A stretch of 64,000 bases of DNA from a virus (taxonomy: Duplodnaviria > Caudoviricetes): the IMG/VR virus record IMGVR_UViG_3300050119_000088, positions 47,972 to 111,971 of that record; one strand, 5' to 3'. A program made the translations under genes and the position numbers. The notes beneath the pieces are model-generated. The model was not told where the DNA came from. It did no database searches and saw only the letters and a list, made by a program, of their open reading frames with translations. Shown here piece after piece: positions 16,539 to 25,687 of the stretch (positions are counted from its first letter, which is position 1; each line of letters starts with the position of its first letter).

Positions 16539-19304
16539 ATGCTTGCTTATGCAAGCAGAAAAACAGGATTATTCATGTTGGAAAGAAATCCAACAAAGAC
16601 CGAAGCTATTAAGATATTCCTCACCAAGTCAACACATGAGGATCTTAGTGCTTCTTACAATCATGACATGGAAGTTCAAGTCTGTGTCGAACAAGACGGT
16701 GGTACTCGCATGGAAGGCGAGTACCTAGGCAAGCAGTGGCATGGTTGGACAGATGGATTCCAAACATGGAAAACGTTTCGCATTCCATTGTTTGCCAACT
16801 CAGATCCCGTCTATGAAGACACAACCATGAATTTCGATCTTGCTGCTCATGTGAGCGCGATCGGAATGACAGGTTGGGATTGGAAGAAGCGAGTTTCACG
16901 TTGGGTTGGCTTCGATTTCGACGCGATGACAGGACACGCACAATCACATACAAACAAACTCACAGATCAACAGCTTGCGGAAGTCGAGCGTACAGCCCAA
17001 GAAATCGATTGGGTCACCGTTCGACGTTCCACATCAGGCAATGGTCTGCACTTGTATGTATATCTGGACGAGTTTCCTACAGCGAATCATGATGAGCATG
17101 CGGCCGTAGCTCGCAGCATATTGGGAACGATGTCAGCAATCACTGGCTTTGATTTCCAGGTCAAGGCCGATGCTTGTGGTGGTAATATGTGGGTCTGGCA
17201 TCGTAAGATGTTGGGCACCAATGGTCTCACTTTATTGAAGAAAGGCAGCATCCTTACAGATGTTCCCGTCAATTGGCGGGATCACATCAAAGTGATTTCA
17301 GGAGCACGGAGAAAGAATCTTCCACAGTTTATTGAAGAGAGCAAAGTCACAGGAGCCGATGCACTTTTCGACGAGTTGACTGGTCAGAGAACCATTGTTC
17401 AACTTGATGAGGATCACAAGAAGCTCGTTGAATTTCTTCGCGAGACCAACGCATGTTGGTGGTGGGATAACGACCATCACATGCTCGTTACACACACGAT
17501 TCATTTAAAAGAGGCACACGAGGCGCTCGCGTTACGAGGCAAATTTGAGACGATTGCGACGGGTAGTGAACGAGGCAACGATCAAAACTGTTTCATGTTC
17601 CCGATCCGTAAGGGAGCATGGGCGGTTCGCCGATATTCGGTTGGTGTGGCAGAAGCACCAACGTGGGATCAAGATGGCGGAGGTTGGACTCGATGCTATT
17701 TTAATCGTGATCCTGATCTGTCTTCTGCCTCCCGAGCCAATGAGGGCAACGAGCATCCCTCTGGTGGCTATCACTTTCGGCACGCTGCTGATGCAACCAA
17801 AGCTGCATTGGCTATTGGTGTTGATCTTAAGCTTCCGGTTTGGGCAAGTTCTAAAAAAGCTAAGCTAAGGCAACACAAAGACGGACGTTTGATTGCCGAG
17901 ATCGAACATGATCCTTCTGGAGATTATGCCGCAGAGATGTCTGGCTGGATTGCGGAGGGTAAATATTGGAAAAGAATCTTCAATACGAATCTTACCTCAG
18001 CCGCCGAACCAGAAATCGGAAACTACGACGATTTGGTTCGACATTTGGTTACGGGGACAGGAGAAGACTGCGGCTGGATGTTGAAGTCTGGCGACATTAT
18101 GTGGAGAAGCGAGCCGCTGATCCATGTAAGGACAGCTCTCGAATCAATGGGTATGCAACCGAAAGATACAAAGATGGTGCTTGGAAATAGCATCTTCAAG
18201 TGTTGGACGGTTGTTAATTTGCCTTTTCAGCCGGAGTATCCAGGTGATCGCCAATGGAATCGAGGAGCGGCACAATTCAAATATCTTCCTTCACGAACTG
18301 AAGAAAGGCACTTTCCGCATTGGTCGATGATCCTGAATCATATTGGTCAGGGTCTTAATGAAGCGATTGCGGAAAGCGGTTGGGCTCGAACCAACGGCAT
18401 TCTGACAGGAGCGGATTATCTCAAGGTCTGGATTGCAAGTTTGTTCCAGTCGCCAATGGCACACTTGCCTTATTTGTTCTTGTATTCAGAAGCACAGAAT
18501 ACTGGAAAGTCTATTTTCCATGAGGCTCTTGCACTGTTGATTACGCGAGGCATGGTTCGAGCTGATTCAGCTCTTACAAGCACTGGCAATTTCAACGGTG
18601 AATTGGAGAATGCCGTTCTTTGCGTTGTTGAAGAAACCGATCTTCGACGCAATAAGCTGGCATATGCTCGAATCAAAGATTGGGTGAACTCACAAGAACT
18701 TCCGATCCACAAGAAAAATCTTACACCATACGGTATTCCCAATACAACACATTGGGTGCAGTGTGCGAATGATCACCAGGCATGTCCTGTATTCAGCGGC
18801 GATACACGGATTACTATGATTCAAGTTGAACCTATTAACAAGGCAAACTTGATTCCAAAGCCCCTTATGCTTGCGGCTTTGGTCAAGGAAGCTCCAGACT
18901 TTTTGGCGGAAGTTCTCGCTCTTGAGATTCCGCCAAGCAATGATCGATTGAACGTTCCGGTTATTACAACCGAAGAGAAAGCACAGCTCGAGAAAACGAA
19001 TCAGACGTATTTGCAAATGTTTATTGCAGAGAATTGTCATCCTGTCACGGGCGTTATGATCAAGTTCTCAGAATTTTGCGATAAGTTTCAAGAATGGCTT
19101 GGCCCGGCACAGGCTTCGGAATGGTCCAAGATTCGGATCGCTCGAGAGTTGCCACCACAATTTCCATCGGCTCGTATTCCGACGACGGGATACAAACACA
19201 TTGGAAACATTTCGTGGGAGGCTTATCGAAGTGGCGATCCGATTCTTCCAAAATTGGTCGTTCGAGATGATAAGTTGGTTCCCTCATCTGGGGGAAAGCA
19301 ATGA
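16539..19304 (+). CDS. AEP-type primase fused to a C-terminal P-loop (SF3/DUF5906-like) helicase
   Basis: GFDFD, STSGNGLHLY; LYSEAQNTGKS Walker A, VVEE Walker B, GDTR. Confidence 0.87.
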   Translation: MLAYASRKTGLFMLERNPTKTEAIKIFLTKSTHEDLSASYNHDMEVQVCVEQDGGTRMEGEYLGKQWHGWTDGFQTWKTFRIPLFANSDPVYEDTTMNFDLAAHVSAIGMTGWDWKKRVSRWVGFDFDAMTGHAQSHTNKLTDQQLAEVERTAQEIDWVTVRRSTSGNGLHLYVYLDEFPTANHDEHAAVARSILGTMSAITGFDFQVKADACGGNMWVWHRKMLGTNGLTLLKKGSILTDVPVNWRDHIKVISGARRKNLPQFIEESKVTGADALFDELTGQRTIVQLDEDHKKLVEFLRETNACWWWDNDHHMLVTHTIHLKEAHEALALRGKFETIATGSERGNDQNCFMFPIRKGAWAVRRYSVGVAEAPTWDQDGGGWTRCYFNRDPDLSSASRANEGNEHPSGGYHFRHAADATKAALAIGVDLKLPVWASSKKAKLRQHKDGRLIAEIEHDPSGDYAAEMSGWIAEGKYWKRIFNTNLTSAAEPEIGNYDDLVRHLVTGTGEDCGWMLKSGDIMWRSEPLIHVRTALESMGMQPKDTKMVLGNSIFKCWTVVNLPFQPEYPGDRQWNRGAAQFKYLPSRTEERHFPHWSMILNHIGQGLNEAIAESGWARTNGILTGADYLKVWIASLFQSPMAHLPYLFLYSEAQNTGKSIFHEALALLITRGMVRADSALTSTGNFNGELENAVLCVVEETDLRRNKLAYARIKDWVNSQELPIHKKNLTPYGIPNTTHWVQCANDHQACPVFSGDTRITMIQVEPINKANLIPKPLMLAALVKEAPDFLAEVLALEIPPSNDRLNVPVITTEEKAQLEKTNQTYLQMFIAENCHPVTGVMIKFSEFCDKFQEWLGPAQASEWSKIRIARELPPQFPSARIPTTGYKHIGNISWEAYRSGDPILPKLVVRDDKLVPSSGGKQ

Positions 19305-19552
19305 TTGACGAAATCATTGACCAACTGCCTCCAGCTCAAAGCAAGCAACTTTATATTGCTTTCAATGAGCTAACTGCAACATTCATTGAGTACGAAGCTG
19401 GGAAATTCATTGGTGTACATACGGACAGTATACCTTTCTTACACACTTTGGTCAGGGAAGGTTGCTGGACGTTGGGGCTGATTCATGAAAGCCATTACAA
19501 ACGCACAAGCAACGAGAGTAACTCACTTGCTCTCGGAACGGTTGAAGACTAA
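19301..19552 (+). CDS. Hypothetical protein
   Basis: ATGA overlap with the primase stop. Confidence 0.55.
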   Translation: MIDEIIDQLPPAQSKQLYIAFNELTATFIEYEAGKFIGVHTDSIPFLHTLVREGCWTLGLIHESHYKRTSNESNSLALGTVED

Positions 19553-19709
19553 GTTTGGTAAGTCTTATCTGATCTCGATTGTGAGATCGGAACCTGTCAA
19601 ATTACTCATTCGTGGAAAGGCTACACCGGACGAAATCCGTCAATTTTCCGATATTGCTAATCAGTGCCTTGAAGATGTTTGTTCGGAGGGAACATTACAG
19701 GAGGCATGA
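19485..19709 (+). CDS. Hypothetical protein
   Basis: ORF in operon. Confidence 0.5.
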   Translation: MKAITNAQATRVTHLLSERLKTKFGKSYLISIVRSEPVKLLIRGKATPDEIRQFSDIANQCLEDVCSEGTLQEA

Positions 19710-19906
19710 TGGATCAGGAACGAAGAGATTATTATGGTAGATTGTTGCTTGAGAAATATGGTCCCAATAGTGATAAGATAACATTCTTTAGTATACCTAT
19801 TTCCGAGTATACTAAAGAAGAATTGATTGCTATAATCCACATGCAGTTGATAAAGGACAATAAAGATGCTCAGCCCAATAGAAACTCTTGTCAAAAAATA
19901 CGGTGA
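19706..19906 (+). CDS. Hypothetical protein
   Basis: AGGAGG RBS, ATGA overlap. Confidence 0.55.
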   Translation: MMDQERRDYYGRLLLEKYGPNSDKITFFSIPISEYTKEELIAIIHMQLIKDNKDAQPNRNSCQKIR

Positions 19907-20042
19907 ACAACATCGTCAGTTGATTACCGAATCTGAAGCTTGGTTACGTCAACAGGAACCGAAATGGAATTTAGATGTACCTATAGACCTTCATCAATTC
20001 ATTGAGAGTCTATTAGATAAAATACACCACAAAGAGAAATAA
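19866..20042 (+). CDS. Hypothetical 58-aa protein
   Basis: Manually translated MLSPIETLV...; AAGGA upstream; abuts next gene. Confidence 0.5.
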   Translation: MLSPIETLVKKYGEQHRQLITESEAWLRQQEPKWNLDVPIDLHQFIESLLDKIHHKEK

Positions 20043-20531
20043 ATGCGTTTGATAACTCAACCAAATTCATGGTTGTGTATGCCGTCTGCTTATTGTATGG
20101 CTATGGATATTGATCTCGAAACATTTATGCGGCATTTGCCCCATGATGGATCAGACATACTGATTCCAGATTTACCCGATCCTTTGGGTCGTGCTTGTTT
20201 TATTCCTTCTGAATTAGATTTTGCATGTATTAGTTTGGGATGGGCTCCTGTAACTATTGACGTTGATCCAAGAGATTGTATGGATTACCAAAGACGAAAC
20301 TATCCATCACAAGAAAAGATATTACGCTATGCTTGGCCAAGGCGAGTTGTATTAACAACTGTAAGTGAAAGACTACCAGAGCCATTCTTACATTGTGTTG
20401 CACACGATACAAATACAAGAGTATTTTATGATCCGGCTGCCGGTATACGCCCGTTATATGAACTGCCAAGGTTGAAACACATCACAATTTTCTTTGATTG
20501 TCGTGATCATTATAATGAGCAATATTCATGA
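20043..20531 (+). CDS. C39-like papain-fold cysteine peptidase
   Basis: Q.....C (ITQPNSWLCMP), HCVAHD, FYDP give a Cys-His-Asp arrangement. Confidence 0.62.
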   Translation: MRLITQPNSWLCMPSAYCMAMDIDLETFMRHLPHDGSDILIPDLPDPLGRACFIPSELDFACISLGWAPVTIDVDPRDCMDYQRRNYPSQEKILRYAWPRRVVLTTVSERLPEPFLHCVAHDTNTRVFYDPAAGIRPLYELPRLKHITIFFDCRDHYNEQYS

Positions 20532-20938
20532 CTGCACAACTTAAAGCCGCAGATGTTGCTTTGTTTCCGATTGCCGGAAACAATATTTTGCAACCAACCA
20601 AGCTTGCACACAAATGGACGGAGCTTATCAAGCGATTGAGTTTTCAACAATATGAACCAATGGCTTCAAAGGTGTATTGGTTGTTTGCTTGTGGTGGCAT
20701 TGTATGCCCCGAAGTCTCGATCCAAGATGACTGTTTTCATTTCCAATGGATTGAAGAGAACCGCAAGATTACGGTCTGGATTGATCATCGTCAAAAGTTG
20801 ACATTGTATACCACCGTCTTAGATGGAACTGGTGGTATTCATCCAGTTACACTTGTAGAACTCGAAGACTTGATTCCAACTCTCCATACTTTCGCCTATG
20901 GTGAGAAGGAACTTACACGAAGGAATTATCAAGTATGA
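20528..20938 (+). CDS. Hypothetical protein
   Basis: ATGA overlaps on both sides. Confidence 0.6.
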   Translation: MTAQLKAADVALFPIAGNNILQPTKLAHKWTELIKRLSFQQYEPMASKVYWLFACGGIVCPEVSIQDDCFHFQWIEENRKITVWIDHRQKLTLYTTVLDGTGGIHPVTLVELEDLIPTLHTFAYGEKELTRRNYQV

Positions 20939-21669
20939 GCGGTTTCGAAGCTGCAACCGAGGTATCCCGTCAAACCACTGGAGCCATTAGGTCTACGGAT
21001 CTCAATAGTGAGAGATGGGATCTCGTATCTTGGTCGGCAGTTGAAACACTTGTTCAAGGCATCAATAGATTTCAGAATTGGCAAATGACAATCATGCAAA
21101 TGGTTGGTTGTTCAATTCGATTGACAGGGGATTTCCTTGGAGGAGGATTCAAGCACGGAGATCAACCTGAGTTACTTGGAGATGCTTGGGCTTACCTTGC
21201 AATTGCCGTACAAAAACACGATCACAACGATCCGCACCATGACTACAATGCTTGGAATGATGATCTTTGTAAAAAGATTGCAAACGGTGCCGGAATTCAA
21301 CAGTATGAACTGGCTCCATATCATGCGATCAAACGCACAGCTTCAACTTGTTATGAAGGTGGTATCAAGTATGGTGAATCCAATTGGCTGATGGGATTCC
21401 CGGTTCCGCTTCTTTGTAATCATCTTTTGAGCCATTTAGTGAAATGGTGCAATGGTGATCGTCAAGAAGACCATTTTGGACATGGTTTGTGGGGATTCAT
21501 GGCAGCAGCTCATATGTTCAAGCATCGTCCAGATATGTGTGAGAATATGCTTGGGCCGAAATACACTGTTACGGAACAACAAAAGGAAATCTTGGCTCGG
21601 CATAAGGCTCATAGAGATAGTATTGTTCCAGCAACGATGAATGCCACGTTTAATCGAGAACATAGATGA
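20935..21669 (+). CDS. DUF5664-like dATP/dGTP diphosphohydrolase, internally duplicated
   Basis: TGAIR..., RWDLV; EGGIKYGESNW.MG, H..W..GD..EDH..H. Confidence 0.7.
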   Translation: MSGFEAATEVSRQTTGAIRSTDLNSERWDLVSWSAVETLVQGINRFQNWQMTIMQMVGCSIRLTGDFLGGGFKHGDQPELLGDAWAYLAIAVQKHDHNDPHHDYNAWNDDLCKKIANGAGIQQYELAPYHAIKRTASTCYEGGIKYGESNWLMGFPVPLLCNHLLSHLVKWCNGDRQEDHFGHGLWGFMAAAHMFKHRPDMCENMLGPKYTVTEQQKEILARHKAHRDSIVPATMNATFNREHR

Positions 21670-21920
21670 ATGATTTTCAAATCAATAACCGGGTTCTCAT
21701 ACAGCGAGATACTTTGTCACCTCGACAACGTGACATTCTTGATATAATTCTCAGAAGTAAAGAATCATTTATTTGTCAAAAGGCATTTGAAGTTTCAAAG
21801 ACAAGACACCTTCATGTGATACGAATAGGATTGGATTTATCTATATTTTATCGGGAGACCGATGGTAATATTGATGTCCTAGATATCTTCAACAAGAAGT
21901 ATTTATCCAAAAGGAAATAG
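21666..21920 (+). CDS. Hypothetical protein, possibly RelE/ParE-like fold
   Basis: LHVIRIGLDLSIFYRETDGNIDVLDIF beta pattern. Confidence 0.4.
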   Translation: MNDFQINNRVLIQRDTLSPRQRDILDIILRSKESFICQKAFEVSKTRHLHVIRIGLDLSIFYRETDGNIDVLDIFNKKYLSKRK

Positions 21921-21921
21921 A

Positions 21922-23082
21922 ATGATATTGCTCGATGAACAATTTGATTACTGGAAGAAAGTCAAACGAGGTACACCAACCGAATGTTGGAGATTTCGTG
22001 GCAAAGATTTCATGGGCAAAGTTCCGGCCAATGTTGCTTATGATATTCATCATGGTGTTGATCCGGGACATTTTCGAATCAAACATACTTGTGGACACCA
22101 ATGGTGTGTTAATCCAGCACATCTTGAACTTCCGATTCTGAAAGCAGAACCAGAAACTCTCGTTCAAACTGTTCTTGAAGAGCTTGCAACGGATACTTCG
22201 TTGCTTGGACTCTTTGAAAGTATGGACGATACGCCACAGATTCGTGAGGATTATGTTCGGGTTCCGATTGGCTATCCAGGCTCGAAGAATCGTTCGCTTG
22301 ATAAAATCATGCCGCATCTTCCTTACCGCAACACATATTGCGAACCGTTTGGCGGATCAGCAGCAGTTCTATTCGCAAGGAAGCCAAGCAATCTCGAAGT
22401 ATATAATGATCGGTTTGGTGGCATTACGACTTTTTATCGTTGCCTACGAGATCCTGAAAAGATGAAGCAACTCTTCGAGTTGGTGGATTGGACAATCCAT
22501 TCACGCGAAGAATTCATTCATTTCAAACAGACCTGGGAAAAAGAAGAAGATGATGTTCTTCGTGCGTTCAAATGGTACTACATGCATCAGTCCAGCTTTG
22601 GCAATCAGGGAAGGCACTTTGGAAGAGCAACATCAGGACAGGCTCAGACTGGTGGACGCATTCGCAACAATGCAAGATTCTTCGAGCCAGTCCATCGGCG
22701 TTTGTTGAATGTTCAGATTGAGAATCTTGATTGGCGAGTCATTTTCAGAGACTACGATAATGAGGAAACTGTTTGGTATCTTGATCCACCATATGTTCGT
22801 TACTCCAAAGGCATGTACAAGCATGAGTTCAAAAAGGCAGATCATATTGAACTTTGCGAACGGATTCAAGGTCTCAAAGGTTTTGTTGCCTTGAGCGGAT
22901 ATGGAGATCAAGAAACCTTTGATATCTATAATAAATATGATTGGGATGACCAATTTAGTTGGCAAACTCAATCCAGTATGGAGGGACTCGCCTTCACAGA
23001 CACTAATAATCTTGCTGAATATCACGATACTATTAAGCGGGGTGTTGCTTCTGAAATCCTCTATATTCGAGAAAGTAGATAA
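21922..23082 (+). CDS. Dam-family (D12 class) N6-adenine DNA methyltransferase with N-terminal HNH-like domain
   Basis: YPGSK, YCEPFGGSAAV, VYND, YLDPPY; N-term ECWRF...HTCGHQWCVNPAHL. Confidence 0.9.
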   Translation: MILLDEQFDYWKKVKRGTPTECWRFRGKDFMGKVPANVAYDIHHGVDPGHFRIKHTCGHQWCVNPAHLELPILKAEPETLVQTVLEELATDTSLLGLFESMDDTPQIREDYVRVPIGYPGSKNRSLDKIMPHLPYRNTYCEPFGGSAAVLFARKPSNLEVYNDRFGGITTFYRCLRDPEKMKQLFELVDWTIHSREEFIHFKQTWEKEEDDVLRAFKWYYMHQSSFGNQGRHFGRATSGQAQTGGRIRNNARFFEPVHRRLLNVQIENLDWRVIFRDYDNEETVWYLDPPYVRYSKGMYKHEFKKADHIELCERIQGLKGFVALSGYGDQETFDIYNKYDWDDQFSWQTQSSMEGLAFTDTNNLAEYHDTIKRGVASEILYIRESR

Positions 23083-23468
23083 TGTCACCAGTTGATCCAA
23101 GACGACAAACATGGCTTCCATATTTTCGGTTAATAGCAGATTCGTTTGGGCTCAAGGATTGGGAGTTTCGGATCTCAGATGAGCCGCCAGATAGTCCTTC
23201 AGCTTTCGCCGAGATTCAACCATGCAAGGGTCGCAAACTTGCAACAATATTATTGAGCGGTGTGTTTCTCGGAGCAAAGAGAGAAGAGCAACGGATTACT
23301 GCAATCCATGAACTCTTACATTGTCACTATGATCTTGCAGATCGAATCGTTCTCAATACCTTGACAGGCCCGGAAATCACAGCGTATCGATTGGCATTGG
23401 AACTTGCAGTAGACGGAATTGCAACGGCAATAGCCTCGAAATTTCCTTTACCTAAGGAACCTATCTAA
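23082..23468 (+). CDS. HExxH zinc metallopeptidase-like protein
   Basis: TAIHELLHCH followed by a downstream E. Confidence 0.6.
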   Translation: MSPVDPRRQTWLPYFRLIADSFGLKDWEFRISDEPPDSPSAFAEIQPCKGRKLATILLSGVFLGAKREEQRITAIHELLHCHYDLADRIVLNTLTGPEITAYRLALELAVDGIATAIASKFPLPKEPI

Positions 23469-23887
23469 TGGAAACAGAGAACCGCGTTAAGATCATGTAT
23501 GTGTCGATGGAAAATGTATTAAGTATGTTTTCGATTATTGGCAACAATCATGACAATATGTGCTACTCAATTCCAGTTATTCCGTCACTACCGCTAGGCT
23601 ATAAGATACTGAATTGTTGTTGGGATTATGTCCGCATGACAGTAGGCATTGTTATTTTTCATGATAGCTTTCCTATTATTAGCGTTGGAGAAATGCCTCC
23701 GCGTTGGGATGATGGTCGTTACGACGTATTACAGATTCCGAAAAGCTTAGAGTGGCTTCAAATAGCTCTCAAGCTTTTACGTTCTGATCCACCAAGCTAT
23801 GGGCGAACAAATCGTTGGCTCAATGCTGGTTTCTCACAAATTGATATTGATCGATTATTAGCACTTGAAGCAGCACAAGATCCATGA
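23468..23887 (+). CDS. Hypothetical protein
   Basis: AAGGA RBS, overlapping start and stop. Confidence 0.6.
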   Translation: METENRVKIMYVSMENVLSMFSIIGNNHDNMCYSIPVIPSLPLGYKILNCCWDYVRMTVGIVIFHDSFPIISVGEMPPRWDDGRYDVLQIPKSLEWLQIALKLLRSDPPSYGRTNRWLNAGFSQIDIDRLLALEAAQDP

Positions 23888-24315
23888 ATATTCTTACAGA
23901 TAAACAGATTGCTTATCTTGCGGCAGCTATTGATTTTGAAGGTTCAATCAAATTGAATAGTGTTACAATTCCTAAAGCAACAGGAGTTATGTGTACTTTT
24001 GCTGTTGAAGTTGGTAATACAAGTTTTGCTTTATTAAATCATTTACAACATATCACAGGTCTCGGAATTATTTATCCAAGACCTAAACAAAAAGGTTGGA
24101 AGCAAGCTTTTATTTGGAGTCTTCGTGTTCATGAAATGCGAGACTTTCTTGAAGCAATTCAAAATGATCTTGTAATCAAAAGAACACAATGTGAAATTCT
24201 ATTAGAGTATATGAATCATGCTTGGAGCAATCCGTTAACAGAAGATCAGAACACATTACGTCGTGTAATGTTATCTGAGATGAAGGAACTTAATAAGAGA
24301 GGAACGGACGACTGA
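23884..24315 (+). CDS. Free-standing LAGLIDADG endonuclease (copy 2)
   Basis: YLAAAIDFEGSI, VGNT, TGLG, FLEAI..DLVIK, PLTE, EMKELN. Confidence 0.88.
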   Translation: MNILTDKQIAYLAAAIDFEGSIKLNSVTIPKATGVMCTFAVEVGNTSFALLNHLQHITGLGIIYPRPKQKGWKQAFIWSLRVHEMRDFLEAIQNDLVIKRTQCEILLEYMNHAWSNPLTEDQNTLRRVMLSEMKELNKRGTDD

Positions 24316-24917
24316 TGGGACGATCCATGATTCATTTGAACGGAGATATTTTGTGCAGCATCGATTGCGAGACAACAGGACTAGTAGCAGGTTTTCATGA
24401 TCTGATTCAAATCTGCATACTCCCACTTGATGCGGCAATCAGACCTGTTACGACGATTCCACCTTTCTATACACTCTTGCAAATGAAGCGGCCAGACAAT
24501 GTTGATCCCAAAGCCATGAAAGTCAATGGTCTCAAGACCGGAGACATTCAGCTTAACGGATTAGACCCTTGGCGGGCAGCGGATCTATTGGAAGAATGGA
24601 TTGCCAAACTCGATCTTGATCGTGGCAAGAAGATTTCACCACTTGCCCAGAATTGGGCATTTGACAAAGGCTTCATTACAGACTGGCTTGGTGGTCCGAC
24701 ATTTGATAGCCTAATCAGCTACAAAGGTCGTGACACAATGACTACGAGTCTTTATTTGAATGATCGTGCAGATCACCATGTTGAACCTGTTCCCTTCGCC
24801 AAGAATGGATTGAAGTATCTTTGCTCAACTTTGAAAGTTGAGAATACTCGATCCCATGATGCCTTGCAAGATTGCATCAGTACAGCCGAGGTCTATCGGA
24901 GAATGTTAACTGTATGA
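24315..24917 (+). CDS. DEDDh 3'-5' exonuclease (DnaQ-like)
   Basis: IDCETTG, AQNWAFD, RDT, HDALQD. Confidence 0.88.
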   Translation: MGRSMIHLNGDILCSIDCETTGLVAGFHDLIQICILPLDAAIRPVTTIPPFYTLLQMKRPDNVDPKAMKVNGLKTGDIQLNGLDPWRAADLLEEWIAKLDLDRGKKISPLAQNWAFDKGFITDWLGGPTFDSLISYKGRDTMTTSLYLNDRADHHVEPVPFAKNGLKYLCSTLKVENTRSHDALQDCISTAEVYRRMLTV

Positions 24918-25345
24918 AGTTATTGTCCGTTGCCGACAAACGTGTACTTGCAATGGCAATTGATTGTGAAGGTTGTATTTCAATTACACAGAACCTTAGA
25001 CGTAAAAATATTGAAGGTATGTTGCAAGTTGATCTTGGAAATACCAATATCACGTTTCTTTTATATTTATGTGATTTAACAGGAATAGGTATTATTGATC
25101 CTGGGTACAAATATATTGACAAAAATTGGAAGAAGTCTTATAAGTGGAGATTGCGTAGATATGAAATGTTGAAATTTATTATTGCAATTGAACCTTATCT
25201 TATTATCAAAAGAGATCAAGCTATGATCATGATTGAATATCTTGAAAGACGCTGGTCGAAACCGTTGTCTGAAGAAGATATTAATCTTAGAAGAGTTATG
25301 ATTTCTGAAATGAAAGAACTCAATCAAACAGGAGAAATTATCTAA
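24914..25345 (+). CDS. Free-standing LAGLIDADG endonuclease (copy 3)
   Basis: LAMAIDCEGCI; ATG at 24914 overlaps the exonuclease stop. Confidence 0.88.
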   Translation: MKLLSVADKRVLAMAIDCEGCISITQNLRRKNIEGMLQVDLGNTNITFLLYLCDLTGIGIIDPGYKYIDKNWKKSYKWRLRRYEMLKFIIAIEPYLIIKRDQAMIMIEYLERRWSKPLSEEDINLRRVMISEMKELNQTGEII

Positions 25346-25389
25346 TGTTGGCAACTGCTGAAGTCTATCGGCGTATGTTGTCTATTTAG
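25345..25389 (+). pseudogene. Displaced duplicate of the exonuclease 3' end
   Basis: Encodes ATAEVYRRMLSI* versus STAEVYRRMLTV* at 24879-24917. Confidence 0.85.
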
Positions 25390-25400
25390 CTTAGAAGCTA

Positions 25401-25436
25401 AAAATGCCTCCGACAAGCGGAGGCATTTTCGTTTTC
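25401..25436 (+). terminator. Intrinsic terminator, probably bidirectional
   Basis: AAAATGCCTCCG-ACAAG-CGGAGGCATTTT followed by a T-rich tail, near the convergence of two operons. Confidence 0.85.
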
Positions 25437-25495
25437 AAATTTTAGGAATCTTAAGCATGAATGCATTGAAAGCAATGTGAACAGTCACAGCGGGC

Positions 25496-25687
25496 GTGAT
25501 TCTTGGTGATTCAATATCAGAATATACTCGTGAGTGGCAATTGACATCTGAAGATTTGGAAGGTAAAACTACAGAAGAACAAACACGTATCTTCTGTGAG
25601 AAACGAGATGTTGCAATGGCTTATGCAAGCAACTTGTCTGATCCAACAAAAGTGAATTGGGTCACTTTGGTGTTTGTATGGATCTAA
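25496..25687 (+). CDS. Hypothetical protein
   Basis: Short ORF abutting the convergent tail gene. Confidence 0.45.
   Translation: MILGDSISEYTREWQLTSEDLEGKTTEEQTRIFCEKRDVAMAYASNLSDPTKVNWVTLVFVWI

Noticed and set aside
4489-21669. 2-aminoadenine (Z-genome) system
   Set aside because: PolA and a DUF5664-like gene are present, but no purZ or datZ is visible in the window
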